The notes under the pieces: model-generated | Databases searched by the model: none | What the model was told of the DNA's origin: nothing | What the model saw: only the letters and a program-made list of their open reading frames with translations | Shown here: positions 38,748 through 51,769 of the stretch, in pieces | Numbering within the stretch: position 1 is the stretch's first letter | How the letters are laid out: the number at the start of each line of letters is the position of its first letter | Made by a program: the position numbers and the translations under genes | DNA from: Eledone cirrhosa | Taxonomy: Eukaryota | Assembly (NCBI GenBank): GCA_964016885.1 | Contig: OZ024743.1 | Location: 225,556,001 to 225,620,000, forward strand | Direction: 5' to 3' | Length of the DNA: 64,000 bases

Positions 38748-38849
38748 ATAATAATAAATTTGAAGACTAAAATCCAAAGAGGGCTCGATATGGATAAATA
38801 TATATCAAATATATAAGAACCGTAGAGCAAATATTTATTAAAAAAACAT

Positions 38850-39130
38850 ATTAAAGTTTAAGCAAAGAATCGCTGCTTTCACCCTGAACGGGATCTTCTG
38901 AAACTAACAAAGTCAATCTGTGAACGCAGAAGTGAATATTTCAAAAAACGTTCCCTGGCAAAGAACGTTTTTTTTTCGTTCTTTGCCAGGGAACCAAAGT
39001 ATCGTCTTCCTGTCTTCCTCCGGTTGCAATGTTTTTTGAAATATTCACTTCTGCGTTCACAGATTGACTTTGTTAGTTTCAGAAGATCCCGTTAAGGGTG
39101 AAAGCAGCGATTCTTTGCTTAAACTTTAAT
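38850..39130. repeat. ~280-bp palindrome (arms ~90-100 bp) with nested hairpin; Penelope-like pLTR relic
   Basis: 38850-38950 is the reverse complement of ~39030-39130; the arm also occurs at 11860-11915; (TA)n flanks. Confidence 0.7.
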
Positions 39131-39148
39131 CTTTTATTTTAATATATC

Positions 39149-39228
<80 letters not shown>

Positions 39229-39230
<2 letters not shown>

Positions 39231-39498
39231 TTCGTTTTTTAATTTGTTTTGCAAGATTTCTTATCTGAAAATGTATGTTGAAAAAAACAAGATGGTGTAT
39301 GACAGAACAAAGGAGAGACACAAAATAAAAACCCAATCACTGAGGAGGTCACAGAATGTGTGATGAAAGCGCTTTTACTAGTATATAAATAACCATCCAG
39401 TTATCGAACCAACCAACCGGAAATTTATGATAAATTGAAGTGAAAACCAACAGGTGCGTGTGTTTTTATTGGTAGCATGACCCTCCCAAAGCATAACA
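39229..39498 (+). mobile_element. hammerhead family-2 Penelope-type element, third copy
   Basis: Short inverted end at 39229-39285; CTGAGGA-G-GTCACA..TGTGAT-GAA-AGCGCT-T at 39340-39375. Confidence 0.6.
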
Positions 39499-40319
39499 AG
39501 CCGAAGCTGAAGCATTAGAAAATATGCACCCACACCCTCCCACTGCAAAGTGATCGTGGAGGTACGACGGCAAAAAAGCACCCAGCCCACACTGTAAAGT
39601 GGACGTGTAGGCGTCACGGAAAAAAAGCACCCAGCACTCACTGTAAATGAGGTTGGTGTTAGGAAGGGCATCCAGCTGTATAAATCAAGCCGGAATTAGT
39701 TCCTGCATGAGCAAGACAAGGTCAGCCGACCGGACACTGCTCACAACAGGTCAACCCGTCTAACCTATGCTAATGTGGAAGAACGGGCTTAAAACGGTGA
39801 TGATGATATATATATATATAAGGAAAAGAATTTGAAAATGCAACTGGGGTCTTTTAAGAATATTTATTAACTTTACCGATTTCACAGTTCTTATGATTAT
39901 CCAAAGTAAAATTGAGATGCAGGGTTTGTGTTTCAGTCGAGGTGTGGCTCACTATGTGTGTGCTATATGTTTAAAATGCAATTTTGTTGATTGATGACAA
40001 TCATGTGATTACGTACAGTAATTTTGGTATTTACGATTTTATTGGTTGATGACAGTCATGTGATTAGGCATAGTAATTTTCTCGTCAAAAATGGATGGGT
40101 AGAAAGCTGAGAAGAAAACAAAATTGGAATGTTATGGTTCAGTGAATATAACTGATGTTGAAGTGCTAAGGAGGTGTCAAATTTCAGAATCCCTATTGTA
40201 GCAGACATGCAAACAAAGTTAGTTCTTATTTAACTTCTCTTTATTTTTTTTAAGCATTCATAAAATTCACAGCAGTCTTGAAAACAACTTACCTTTGATA
40301 ATAAGTCTGCTCAGTCAGG

Positions 40320-40700
40320 AACGTTTTATTAATAAAAAAAAAAAAATCTATTTCAAATAACAACAACATTACAAATATCAAAAAACAGGGGGTGAAAGGC
40401 AAGGGCTCTGGGGTCAAATAAGAATAGGGGGAACGGGGAGGGTGATGGGCTCTAGGCCTAGGGCACCCCGCGGACAAGATCTCAAAAGCATATCCGCGGA
40501 CAATGACCAGTGACACCCGCTGCAACAGCCACCCCACCTCGCGGGGCTCCTTCCTCAGACGGGTTGCTGACGTTCAAGTACGCCTGAGGTCTCAACGGGG
40601 ACCGGACAATCCCTAGTATTTGTTTGTCTTCCTTTCCTCTGCATTGCGGGACGCAGTACCAGGGTATATGGCCGGAGCGACTAAATTGGAGGTGGAGAAT
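40320..40700 (-). mobile_element. CRE-like RLE non-LTR retrotransposon 3' fragment
   Basis: GC-rich; minus strand AEERKTNKY and WLLQRVSLVIVRGYA, resembling the CRE-type QRxSxAxxRGNA C-terminus. Confidence 0.5.
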
Positions 40701-41261
40701 GTGTCACAACATGTGGCCTCCTTCGAATGTACAAAGAATTGGTTCATGTCTGTAAATGTGGTTGGCGCTAGGAAGGCCATTCAGACATAGAAAACCAGTC
40801 AGAAACAGTCCTATATGAACGAGACACGGTCACCCGACCCAACTTGCCTCTTATGGGGCAAACACGTCTAACCCATGCTAGCGTTGAAAATAGACGTTAA
40901 ACGATGATGATCATGGTGATGGCAGGGTAGTAAGAATGTGTGTGTCTGTTGTGGATACTGAATTATATTTGTGTGTATTGTGTGTATGTGTAGTTGTTGG
41001 AAATCAAAAATATTGTATTTGTATTCTGATAACACTCTTATGCTGTTTAGTATAAATAATGCTGTATCTAACTACAATAATGTATTAAACACATTTCAAA
41101 ATACTAACACTCTAATATCTAATTGCAATTGTAGGGTTCTTGACTTTCACCCACTTAGAAACAATGTTATACACAAGTGTGAAGTCTCAATATGCTAACT
41201 CTTGTAACTACATAGGAACAACTGCAAATAGCTTTAAAACACATTTTTATTCACATTTATT

Positions 41262-42285
41262 GTAGGAAAGGAGTAGGAAGAAATTCAATTTTATGTCCCA
41301 AATGCAAAGTATGGGTACATAAAAGATGTAGTGGGATCACAGGTAAACTATCTAAGAACGTAGACTTTATATGTGGCCGATGCTCAGGTGTAATAGGTAG
41401 CAAGTGTCCACAGGATACTAGCCGATTCTATTGCCCAGATGGTTCTAAAGAAATAGTAGACACTTTCCGTTACCTGGGTGACGAAATCAGCAGTGGTGGA
41501 GGGTGTTCTGAAAGTACAGTAGCCAGAGTCAGAACGGGATGGAAAAAGTTCAGAGAGCTTATACCGCTGTTGGCCACAAAAGGTTTCTCTCTAAAAATGA
41601 AAAGCAGATTGTATGATGCTTGTATACGAACAGCAATGCTACATGGCAGTGAGACATGGGCATTGCGTGCAGAGGACCTGCACCTGCACCTGCGTAGACT
41701 GGAAAGGAATGAAGCATGCATGCTCCATTGGATGTGTAATAGTAATATACGTGAACGGCAAAGCATAAATGAACTAAGTGAGAAATTAGGAATAAGAGGG
41801 ATCAGATGCTGTTTACTCGATAGAAGACTACGTTGGTATGGTCACGTGATGCGCATGAAAGACGACAGCTGTATAAAAAAAAGTGCAGGGCGATCAAAAT
41901 TGATGGTAGTTACGGAGTAGTTAGACCCAGAAAAACCTGGGACGATCTGATAAATTCCGACCTTACACACTTGCACCTCTCTAAGACAATGTCACTGGAC
42001 CGAGATCTTTGGCGCTACGCAGTAATACAGAAGACCTGCATTGCCTATGTACAAAGCGAAACCTACAGCCAGTAGGCACCTCTTAACCAAATATACACCC
42101 CAATCCACTACCTCTACCCTATCCTTCCACTCCCACCAACACCACCCTCTCTCTCTATAAAGTTGGTGCCACAATATCCAGTCCAAATAAATGAAATAAT
42201 GAGATCGAGATCGTGTAGGTGTCACGAGAAAAAAAACACACAGTCCACGCTGTAATGTGGTCGTGTAGGTAACACGGTAAAAAGT
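41262..42285 (+). mobile_element. RTE family A 3' fragment (with PHD-like finger)
   Basis: Closely homologous to 18895-19880; ORFs 41570-41920 and 41833-42075. Confidence 0.85.
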
Positions 42286-42295
42286 ATTATTAATT

Positions 42296-42525
42296 CTGCG
42301 GTGGATTGGCAGTATCGGTAGGAGTTAGACACCATGCTTTGCACCATAGAGTTATGGCCCTTTACGTTCTGAGTTTAAATTCCGCCGAGGTTAGCTTTGC
42401 TTTTCATCCTTACGGGGTCGATAAAATAAAGTACCAGTCATACACTGGACTCGATTAATTGACTTTCTATCCCCCCACCCAAAAAAATTTTTTGGCCTTG
42501 TGCCTAAATCAGAAACCATTATTAT
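42296..42525 (+). mobile_element. SINE family 1
   Basis: Full head, core and tail as at 22460. Confidence 0.75.
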
Positions 42526-44744
42526 TTCTGCAACACCTTATGGAAAGAGATAGAACTAAATGCAATCTTTGTCTGACTGAAGCGCTAGAAATAATTACTT
42601 TAAAAATTATACCCCTCACTTCGAAAAATGAATAATCCCTTCCTGTCCACATAGAACATTTCATTCTTTCTTTTACAAAAACTAACCCGGTATAATTATA
42701 TCCATGGCAATTATATCCATATTTTTATCAACACTTAGAAAATTAGTATCATATATCAATTATGCCATACCTTTATGTTAAACTTGTAAAATTCATATCT
42801 GTTACCCCTCTTCTTTAACTACTATGTTTAATGAACCATAATTTTTAATTCACACATACACACATACATGCGTACATGAATGTTCTAAAAGTTCTCCTTT
42901 TGCTCCCCTATTTATCATATAATTGTAACCCCATATGTTATATTCCCAGCCATATTCTTAAAGTAGTTTATTTCCTGTTGACAAAATTGTACTTAAAATT
43001 CTCGCGTTTTCAATCATAACTCTTAGTATGGTGATAACTCTCTCTACCTATCTATCTCTCACGCACGCACACACACACACACACTCTCTCTCTCTCTCTC
43101 TCTCGTTGTATTTCTCTCTCAATAACAACAATAACCATCACCACCTGTCATTATAGTGGAAGTCTTTTTTTAAGTCTGTGTGGCGTCTCTATGTTGAAGG
43201 ACATACAGAAACATTCACACATACACTCTCTCACACACACATACATTCTCTCACACACACATACACATACAAAAATCAGTATTCTTTTCGTTTGTTTGCA
43301 CGTTACGTTTTAGTTAATTCGAGAGAGAGGGAGGTGGAGTGAGTGAGAGATGGAGTATTATTTCCCTCTCTATATATACAGAGCATTATGAACTGACTGA
43401 CAGACACAGCTTTTATAGTATAGATTATAGATATTTTTTATTACCGTTTTATGCTTCCATAAATGTTAACGTTTTTTTTAAATATATCTTTATAACTTCC
43501 CTTACTAAATGATAAGAGACTTTATAATATCCATTAGTATAAATCTAGCTTTATTTTGGTGTGTATTATCATTTGTAATGATATATTATAGTCAGTAAAA
43601 TAGCTATAGTTACTTAAAGTAAGTATTTTATCATTTATAGATTTTGATTTTAATTACTATTTTAGGCTTCCATAATATTAACGTTTTTCCTACAATATTT
43701 AAACGCTATAAGTTACAGCTTCGCTTTCTTTTTCTAACACTGGGACTTTAAAACGTAAGGTAAATTATTTGTACTTAATTGATTTTAATGAGCCACTCTT
43801 GCAAGAATGTACTATTCATAACGGTTAGTCTAGCGAAACGTTCGTAAATTTATTAAAGGCTTTAATAATAATCCTTGTCTAAACTTTCGTTTTCTCATAT
43901 AGAATTATATATATATATATATACACATACACCTTACATACTCGTTGTAATGGTCGACCTCATGTAAATGTCGACCCCTTAGTTTTTGGCCAAAAAAGTC
44001 TGGAAATTTCCATAGTCCTGGTATAATAGTCAACCCAAGTATTTCACAGATAACGGGTCACATTTGTGGGTCAAGGAATCATCCTGCACCTAAAAATAAC
44101 ACTGCTACATGAATTTTAGGTAAAATTTATATTATTGCAAATACATGTCTGGAACTAAAAATATACAGTAATTATGAGATTGCACTAAGCTAGTCTATTA
44201 AGTTTGATGGAAATGAGTAAAAGAGCAAGTGTAAATATTTATAAGAGCTACACAGCCTTGTTTTAGGGTATTGTTATTTATTAGGACGTGTGTTTTGATA
44301 CATAGAATCGGTAATATTACTGTAATTTATTGTTTTTGTTTTTTATTTATTTAAAGATCAGATGGGCCTCTGTTACTGATACGGTGCTTTCGATTCTAGC
44401 TTATATATGTGTGTGTGTACATTAGAAGAAGAATTTAAGAATGAGATGAGATAAATTACATCAGTCATCTTCAGAGCTGGCACTACGTACTAGTCAAACT
44501 AAGCAATTGTTTAGAACAGAGATTGGCTAACTACTTGTTGAAGGTCAGATCTGGCTCATCGATTTTATTGAATATGTAATGTTTCATATAAACAAATTCT
44601 TTGTTTTCCTTATCAATCCCTGGTTAGTAAACAATCTTTAGTCGGAGTCACCAGCTAATAAGCTACTGAATTACATTTTTGCTAACAAATCGTTCATTAA
44701 TTGTGCTGCCATTTAGAAATATATTCTTACAAACAAGATAACTT

Positions 44745-47700
44745 TCTTTTTATTTGCTACCAGGGCATCAAAAAGTGGGACAAGTACAATGGGGGGGGGG
44801 GGGGGAGTTTACATAAAAAGGCGTCCTCAATAAGGAGGAGGAAATAACAAGATATAAAAAATAATATATAAAATATAACAAAAATAAATTTAATAACAAA
44901 ATCCTCAATAGGGAGGAGGCGCCTGGGGGGGGGGGGGTCACACACGCTCCCGAAAAAAGTGTGCAACCCTTCTCCTCAAGAGCACAGATCTTTCATCTCC
45001 TCACCTATAGTCTGATGTAGAGTGAAGGCCCATTCACACGGGCCATTCTCGCCACTTTCACCCATCTTTCATAAAAACGGCTGGGGTGCAGCACCTCTCT
45101 CTCCATCCTGATCCTTCTTCCGAAATGATATCGGAAGAAACAGACCAGTTGTTGGCCAGAGAGAAAGGTGTCTGACCCCAGTCCTTTCAGACGCGTCCAC
45201 CATACAACCTCTTTCGCCATGGCTATTACGCACAGAAACACCGCCTCTTCTTCGTTTTTGAAGAGGGGAGGCGGCTTGATCGTTACAATAGACTCGGTGG
45301 TCAACCGGATCGGTCCCACCCTTGACAGCAGTCGTTCGACATAGCCCCACAGATTGGCAATGCTCGAGCAGTGTACCAATGCGTGTGCAACGGTTTCCTC
45401 GTCGCACACGCATCTGGGACAGATCTTTTTTGAGGGGTCCCTACTCGGGCGCCCGTGTCTGTAGAGCCTTTCTCGAACGGGCAGAGCCCCTCGGTAGCAC
45501 TGCTAGGCCAGGGACCTCTGGAAGTTATCCATGGGTCCCGGGCTGAATGTCCTACCGAACAGGGTGGCCAGTTCGTCTTCCTCCATGCCTAGGGCTTCTC
45601 CGAGGGCGTCGTCGCACCTGCTAACCATCAGCCCTCTATAGAATGACGAGGTGGATTCTCCACCGACAGCCGGGTCCGCCTGCCAGAGAGCCGTGAGCGC
45701 CTGGGCACACTCGGTGTGCCAGGCGCCCAGTTTTCTCGGTCTTTGCTTGACGCAGGATTGCAGCTCGGTGAGTGAGACCAGTCTGGGAAAGGCTCGCCTC
45801 ACAAACGGGGCCCACACCTGGAGGTGCCGTAGCCTTAATGCGTGTTTACGCATCATCAGCCACGGCATCCCCAGCCCTCCTTTCGAAGGGTGTTGACAAC
45901 AGATGGATCTCCTCACCATAGGAGCCCGCTTCTTCCAAAGGAATTGGAAGAGTGCGCGCTCCATTTTGGCGATCTTTTCCCTTGGGCAAGACACGACGGT
46001 CAGGCGGTAGTAGATGACGGACGCTATATAAGTGTTCGCTACCTTCGCCCGACCTTTCAGGGACAGTTTGCACTCGGCCCACTTCTGAGTCAGTGCAAAC
46101 ACCCTGTTCGTTACCTCACCCCAGTTCTTCTCCACCTGGAGGTCTGGTCCGAACCAGACCCCGAGCAACTTCACCGGACCCTCCGTCCAGCACTCGACGA
46201 CGCCATCGGAGGGTATCGATTTGCTCCTCCACGTGCCGAGTTGCAGACCGATCGACTTGTCCCGGTTCAGCTTAGCCCCTGTAAACCTTTCGTACTCCTC
46301 CAGTAAGGTGCCGATCGCCCCGATTTCGGAGGCCGTCGACACCATTACTGTTACGTCATCGGCGTAGGCCGACACCGCTTTCCGCAATCCCGGTTCCAAC
46401 GGGATGCCCTGCAACAACTCCAACTTCCGCAGCAGTGGCTCTAGAGTCATTACATACAGAAGGGAGGAGAGAGGGTACCCTTGTCGGATGGACTGCGCGA
46501 TTTCGAACGGCTCCGAGAGGTAGCCGTTCACCTTGACCCTAGAGCAGATGCGGCTGCTGTGCATGGCAGTGATCCAACCCCTGTAAACGGGTCCGAAGAA
46601 TGCCGCCGCTAGCACCGCATCCAGGTAACCATGGTCGACCCTATCGAACGCCTTAGATTGATCAGGGCCCCACCAAAGCCGGGTTCGTTCCCAACCCTCT
46701 CTATGATGTATCGCATGAGGTGGGGGTTGTCGTGGTATGGACCTGGACGGGATAGCACATGTCTGCGCATCTCCCACCAGGTTGCCCACGACAAGCGTCA
46801 ACCTCTTCGCTAACACCCTGGCCAAAATCTGTAACTCTGTATTTAGCAGAGTTATGGGCCTGAAATTATTTATATCGTCCCCCTTGTTCTCGTTCTTCCT
46901 CACTAGCGTGACTACGCCCTTGGTCACAGAACAGGGAATTTTCCCGTTCTGTTGCCAGTTGCAGTCGACCGCCTCGTGGAGATCGGGGAACAAGTCCGGC
47001 ATAGCTAGATATAGTTCGTAAGGAAGACCATCGAGACCAGGGGATTTGCGTTTGCCGCATTGGCTCAGCACGTCCTCTATCCCAGCGGCTGAAATCGGCT
47101 CCTCGCAGGACTTCGCCTCCCTATCCGAGAGACGCGGCAGGCCGTCGAGGTATGGACCGAAGTTCACTTCCCCAACCGGTTCCCCGCCCCTTCCGAACAA
47201 TCTGGCAAAGTGCTTTTGTAAAGCCTCGCACATCTGCTTAGGTTCATGGATCACTCGTCCATCCTGGTCTCGCAAAGACCGGATAGTGGATCTACTCCCT
47301 CTTTTGGCTTCTGTCATGCGGGCCCAGCTAACAGCTTTGGTCCCCTCGTTTCCCAGAGCACGTATTTTGCTTCGGACGATGCAGTCTTCGTGTTTCGCGT
47401 CGAAGAACTGGCCCAGGGCCGTTCTCGATGCTAGCACTCTGGCCACGCCGCCGCTTCTAATTACCTCTTCTACACTATCTACCAACTCCCTTTCCTTCCT
47501 ATTTCTATTTGAGGCTAATTCCTTACTAAATTCTATAGAGACTACTCTAATCTCTCTTTTGAGAGATCTCCACCACCTGCTGTTGACGATGGCGCCCGTC
47601 AACCGCTCCTTAACTAAAGTGTTAATCCGGTCCCGGTAAGCCTTACTTGCCGGTAAGGACAAGTTGAGCTTCCAGTAACCTGGTCCCTGTCTATGCATTC

Positions 47701-48085
47701 TGTCCAGGTTGACCATGCAGGTCACTAACTTGTGGTCTGAATAGCCAATCATGAGCATTTTTGGACAACTTAAAAAGTCCTTATCCTTATTTCTAACTAA
47801 GAACCTATCTAGGTACGACCTAGATGATCCGCTGCGGTTTGCCCAAATCCAGGTTGGCGCAGTCGGAAAATCTAGTCGTAATCTATCGGCCAGGTCAAAT
47901 CGACCGATTAACCCTTTGAGGCTGTTACACTCCTCTCTATCGGGACAGGCCCCTACGTAGTCCCAATGTGCATCTAGGATACCATTCCAGTCCCCCACTA
48001 ATAGCAAGGAGCGGGACGTCCCTAGAAAAGTCTCCAGACGATGGAAGAAGTCCGGCCGCATTGACCCGAAAGGGCCGTAGATTCT
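44745..48085 (-). mobile_element. L1/Tx1-clade LINE ORF2, 5'-truncated within the endonuclease
   Basis: 852-aa ORF 48061-45503 with GDWN, YLDRF, SDHK, GPGYWKLN, KSPGLDGL, FRPITLLN, KAFDRV, RQGYPLS, YADD; C-terminal CxxC..H..C in 45409-45005; C-rich 3' UTR and AATAAA at ~44755. Confidence 0.9.
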
Positions 48086-48343
48086 TTCAAACAGGTACCA
48101 AACTGAAACGATGTTTTATTTCTGACATTATTATATTATACATTGAGACTATAATATTTGTTTTAAATGACTTTAAATAACATCAAGAAAGTCATATGGT
48201 GTTATCTGTTATAGGATTCGGCATGGTTATGTGTGGACTGTGGAGTGAAAATGTTAGGTCAATCCCTTTCTTACTGTGGTCAGAGCAAGAATTGTCAAGA
48301 ACGAAGTTCATCAATTAATCAAACTCTAAGTTTGTTTTATTTG

Positions 48344-48458
48344 GGAGAAGGGGACACATATTGTAAGGCAGCCTAAGGGTCATGAATAATAGGGTAATCT
48401 CGAGAAGGGGACACATATTGTAAGGCAGCCTAGGGGTCATGAATAATAGGGTAATCTC
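48344..48458. repeat. 57-bp direct tandem duplication
   Basis: GAGAAGGGGACACATATTGTAAGGCAGCCTA(A/G)GGGTCATGAATAATAGGGTAATCTC twice. Confidence 0.85.
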
Positions 48459-49456
48459 ATCCTGGGTTATCAAATTCTCTAGAATTAAACTGGAACAATA
48501 TGAAATAAAGTTTTGCTCAATGACAACACATCGCTGGAAATCGAACAGACAGCCAATATGCCAATCATGAGCCGAACACACTAGCCATGATGCCATGCGT
48601 CTTCACACATAAACGATACGATAAAGTTGAATACACTTTTGCACAGGTAGAAGCATATATATTAGTGGCAGTTTAAGGGAGGCAGTGGGGACTGATTATG
48701 CTGTAACCAAGAGCTCGCGATATTTTAACGGGCCAAAAATAATTTTTTTTTCTACCATAAATGATATATTAAAATCAGTTTGACGCATGAGCCTTGATGA
48801 AATTTTCCGCCAGGGGCCCTCATGCAAACTCATTCCATTCACCCCTAATAAGGTCCAATACATAAATGCATAGACACACATACACGCAAAGCAGTTAAAA
48901 TGAAATGGTATGGACACAGGATGGCTGCTGGAACTCTGAATTTTAATTTGCTACAGAAACAGGTTGTAGCATGACTAAATAACAATAAAATTGATTAGAA
49001 ACTAATTACAATGCAAACAATAATTATTTTTTAATCCATGGGTACCTGGATACTGTTGGATATGGGTGTGTAGCTCTACCTGTCGGTACATATATTGGTG
49101 AAGGTGTGGGGCTTAGTAGTTGGGGTATAGGTCTCGTGAGTTCGATTCTGGAAGTGAGTGACATGTTATGTTCTTGAATAAAATAATTTGTTTAATAATA
49201 AAAGATCGATAATTTTCAAAACGCCAGTACAAATGCGGTAGAAAAATAAGAAGGGTAAATTATGACACAAAGTAATGATTTACTTAGTGTATTTTAAAAT
49301 GATATTTCAGGGCTAATACACTCTTTTCAAATGCTGAGCTAAAACAGTTCAAAACAAAACGATGCATTCTTCCCTAACTGGTCACGTGTTTGAAATAGGC
49401 ATGTGCAGAGTCGCCACAGTAACCATTTTGCCTCGTGCATTTACGATCTATTATTT

Positions 49457-49645
49457 ATGGTGAATTGGCAGTATCGGTAGAGGGTTGGACGCCATGCTTT
49501 TTAGCATAGTTACGTCCCTTTACGGTCTGAGTTCAAATCCCCTCGAGGTTAACTTTGCCTTTCATCTTTACGGGGTCGATAAAATAAAGTACCAATAATA
49601 CACTGGGATAATTGCTGGCCTTGTGCCAAAAGTAGAACAATTATT
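49457..49645 (+). mobile_element. SINE family 1 inserted at the Penelope 3' end
   Basis: Family 1 head, core and tail. Confidence 0.75.
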
Positions 49646-51420
49646 TATATTTGATTTTTTTTGGCTGATGATAATGGTCTCTTTAATTCTTATATTGCTT
49701 ATATTCCTTTCTGTCACCTCTATATTGTCATCAATGTCCTGGCTTCGGTATTTGTCAAAATGTTTTTTAACACAAGATGCTCTTGTAGCCATATGCTTCT
49801 TGGTCCGTATCTGTAGTCTCCGGATGGTTCTTTCGATGTATGAGATGCTACATTGTTTTGCATGTGATCTTATAGACCACATATGCTCTCGTGCACACTT
49901 TTGCACTGTTGATGGGATAGTTAGGAAGTCTGCACGTATCGCTGTATATAGGTTGGTGTCTGAGGAAGCAGTCTGCTTAATGGGGGTCCCGAGTGCGCCA
50001 GCTGTATATTCAGTCCCTTCCTACGGAAAGCTTGTCTGATAGCAGCTGTCGCCTTCTCATTGAAATGTGGCAGCTTTATGTAGCATATGTTATCTTTGGG
50101 GGTACGTGTCCTCCTTGTCATTTTAAGTGTTGGTTCCTTGGCATTTAGGTGTTTGGTGAGAGAAGTAGGGTAGCCTTTTTCAGCAAGAACTCTCTGGAAT
50201 TCTATCATGCTGGTATGTCTGTCGCTACCTTGGCTGCATCTGCAGGTAGATCTCGTTCTATATCTAGGCCATTTTGGTTCTGTAGGGAAGGGCAGAGTCA
50301 TGGTGCTCAAAATTGCCTCTGCAAGCCTCCTTCTTGTAAACTTTGATGTATATATGGATCCCTCCTTTGTGACTCTTAGTGTCTGGGTGCTCAAACTCAA
50401 ATTTCATGTGTGCATCTACGTTTTCTAAGATGTTGTAAACCTTGACGGCTCCTTCACATGATGAAGTGAGAATAAGGATATCATCCACGTACCTGGAGAA
50501 GAACGAGCATGAGTGGCAGGTGGTAAGTGTTGTGCACTCCAACTGGTCATGTACATGATGGCCAGCAGGCCTGAAAAACTTGCCTCCATCGGAAGTCCTT
50601 AAATTTGTTTGTAGACAGAACCTTCAAACTAGAAAAAGATGTTGCACACAACAATAGAGAGCAGCTTGAGAATGTCATCAGCAGTGAGCCCAAAGCAATT
50701 GAGGTCGGTAGAGGCGATGATGTTGTCTGTAATTAAGTCGCTGGCTGGCGAGGCAGGGTCAGAGATGTAGTGGCAAACTACGTCTAAACTAAATGGATAT
50801 CTATTTTGTCGAAGTATGGTGGGTGTCAAGTTCTTTTAGCCTGTTGACTATTTCTTGTGAGCATCTATTTGTACGTGGTAAGTGTGAAGAAGAGGTTTGA
50901 GCAGTCTGGAGAGAAGCCAGGAAATTTTATAGAAAGGACCGTTTAGCCAGAAACAATGGGTCTAATTTTTAATTTGGGTCTTGTTTTATGTGTTTTGATG
51001 AGAAGGTAGAAGGTGGGGAGCTTAATGTTTCTGGTGATAAAGATGCATTTTATTCTACTAAGGAGGCTTCTGCAGTTACATATATTAGTCTAGCTGGTGT
51101 TAATGGTGACCTCTAGCTGGCTAGATTTGATGTTTTTGCTAACCTTACTATATAGAGTTGTGTTGTTAAGGTATTCTATTGCTAGTTGTATGTACATGTT
51201 CTGCTCAATGATGCAGAATTATCTCCCTTTGTTTCATGGGAGGTTTATTAATGTTTTTTAACTCAGTTCCCTTAAAGAGAGATTATGGAAGGGGGAAGAA
51301 TACTTCTGTAAGATCTTGAAGATGGAGTTCTTAAGTCTAGTTAGTTTGGCATTAAGTTCATGGTTGGTGGAAGAGGTTTGTGTGGGTATCTGGGTGGATT
51401 ATATAGAGAGAACCAAAGTT
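49646..51420 (-). mobile_element. Penelope-like retroelement (RT + GIY-YIG), decayed
   Basis: Minus strand: FYLLIKTHK, RPIV, FSLDV, GLPM, SRYVDDIL, GYP, then C..YIERTIRRLQIRTKKH (GIY-YIG); many frameshifts. Confidence 0.8.
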
Positions 51421-51769
51421 AGCATTGACTAACATAGTAGTAGTGGCAGTCATCATCATCGTCATTTTTACATCCGCTTTTCCATTCTTGCATGGTTTGG
51501 ATAGGTCCTTCTCAGCACAGCCTTTCTCCACTTGTCGTATTCCTTTGTCATCTCCTCTGCCAGTTCTGCGCTCTCACAACCTCTGCCCAGGTCTTCTTGG
51601 TCGTCCTCTTCTGTGGCTTTTCCATACTTGCATGTGTTAGGTGGGTTCTATCCAATACAACCTGCCTCCACTTGTGTTCCATTATCATCACTTTTTTGAA
51701 GTTTAGTATTTGGGGATCAGCTCTCATCACTTTTGCATAGGTCTTCCTCCATCTTCCTTGTGACTATAA

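Noticed and set aside
44725-44760. U2 snRNA target (Keno-like) at the Tx1 3' junction
   Set aside because: Only a weak TATCTTGTTT resemblance; no U2 sequence on either side.
45651-47960. Plus-strand ORFs overlapping the Tx1 element
   Set aside because: Antisense shadows of a GC-rich coding sequence.
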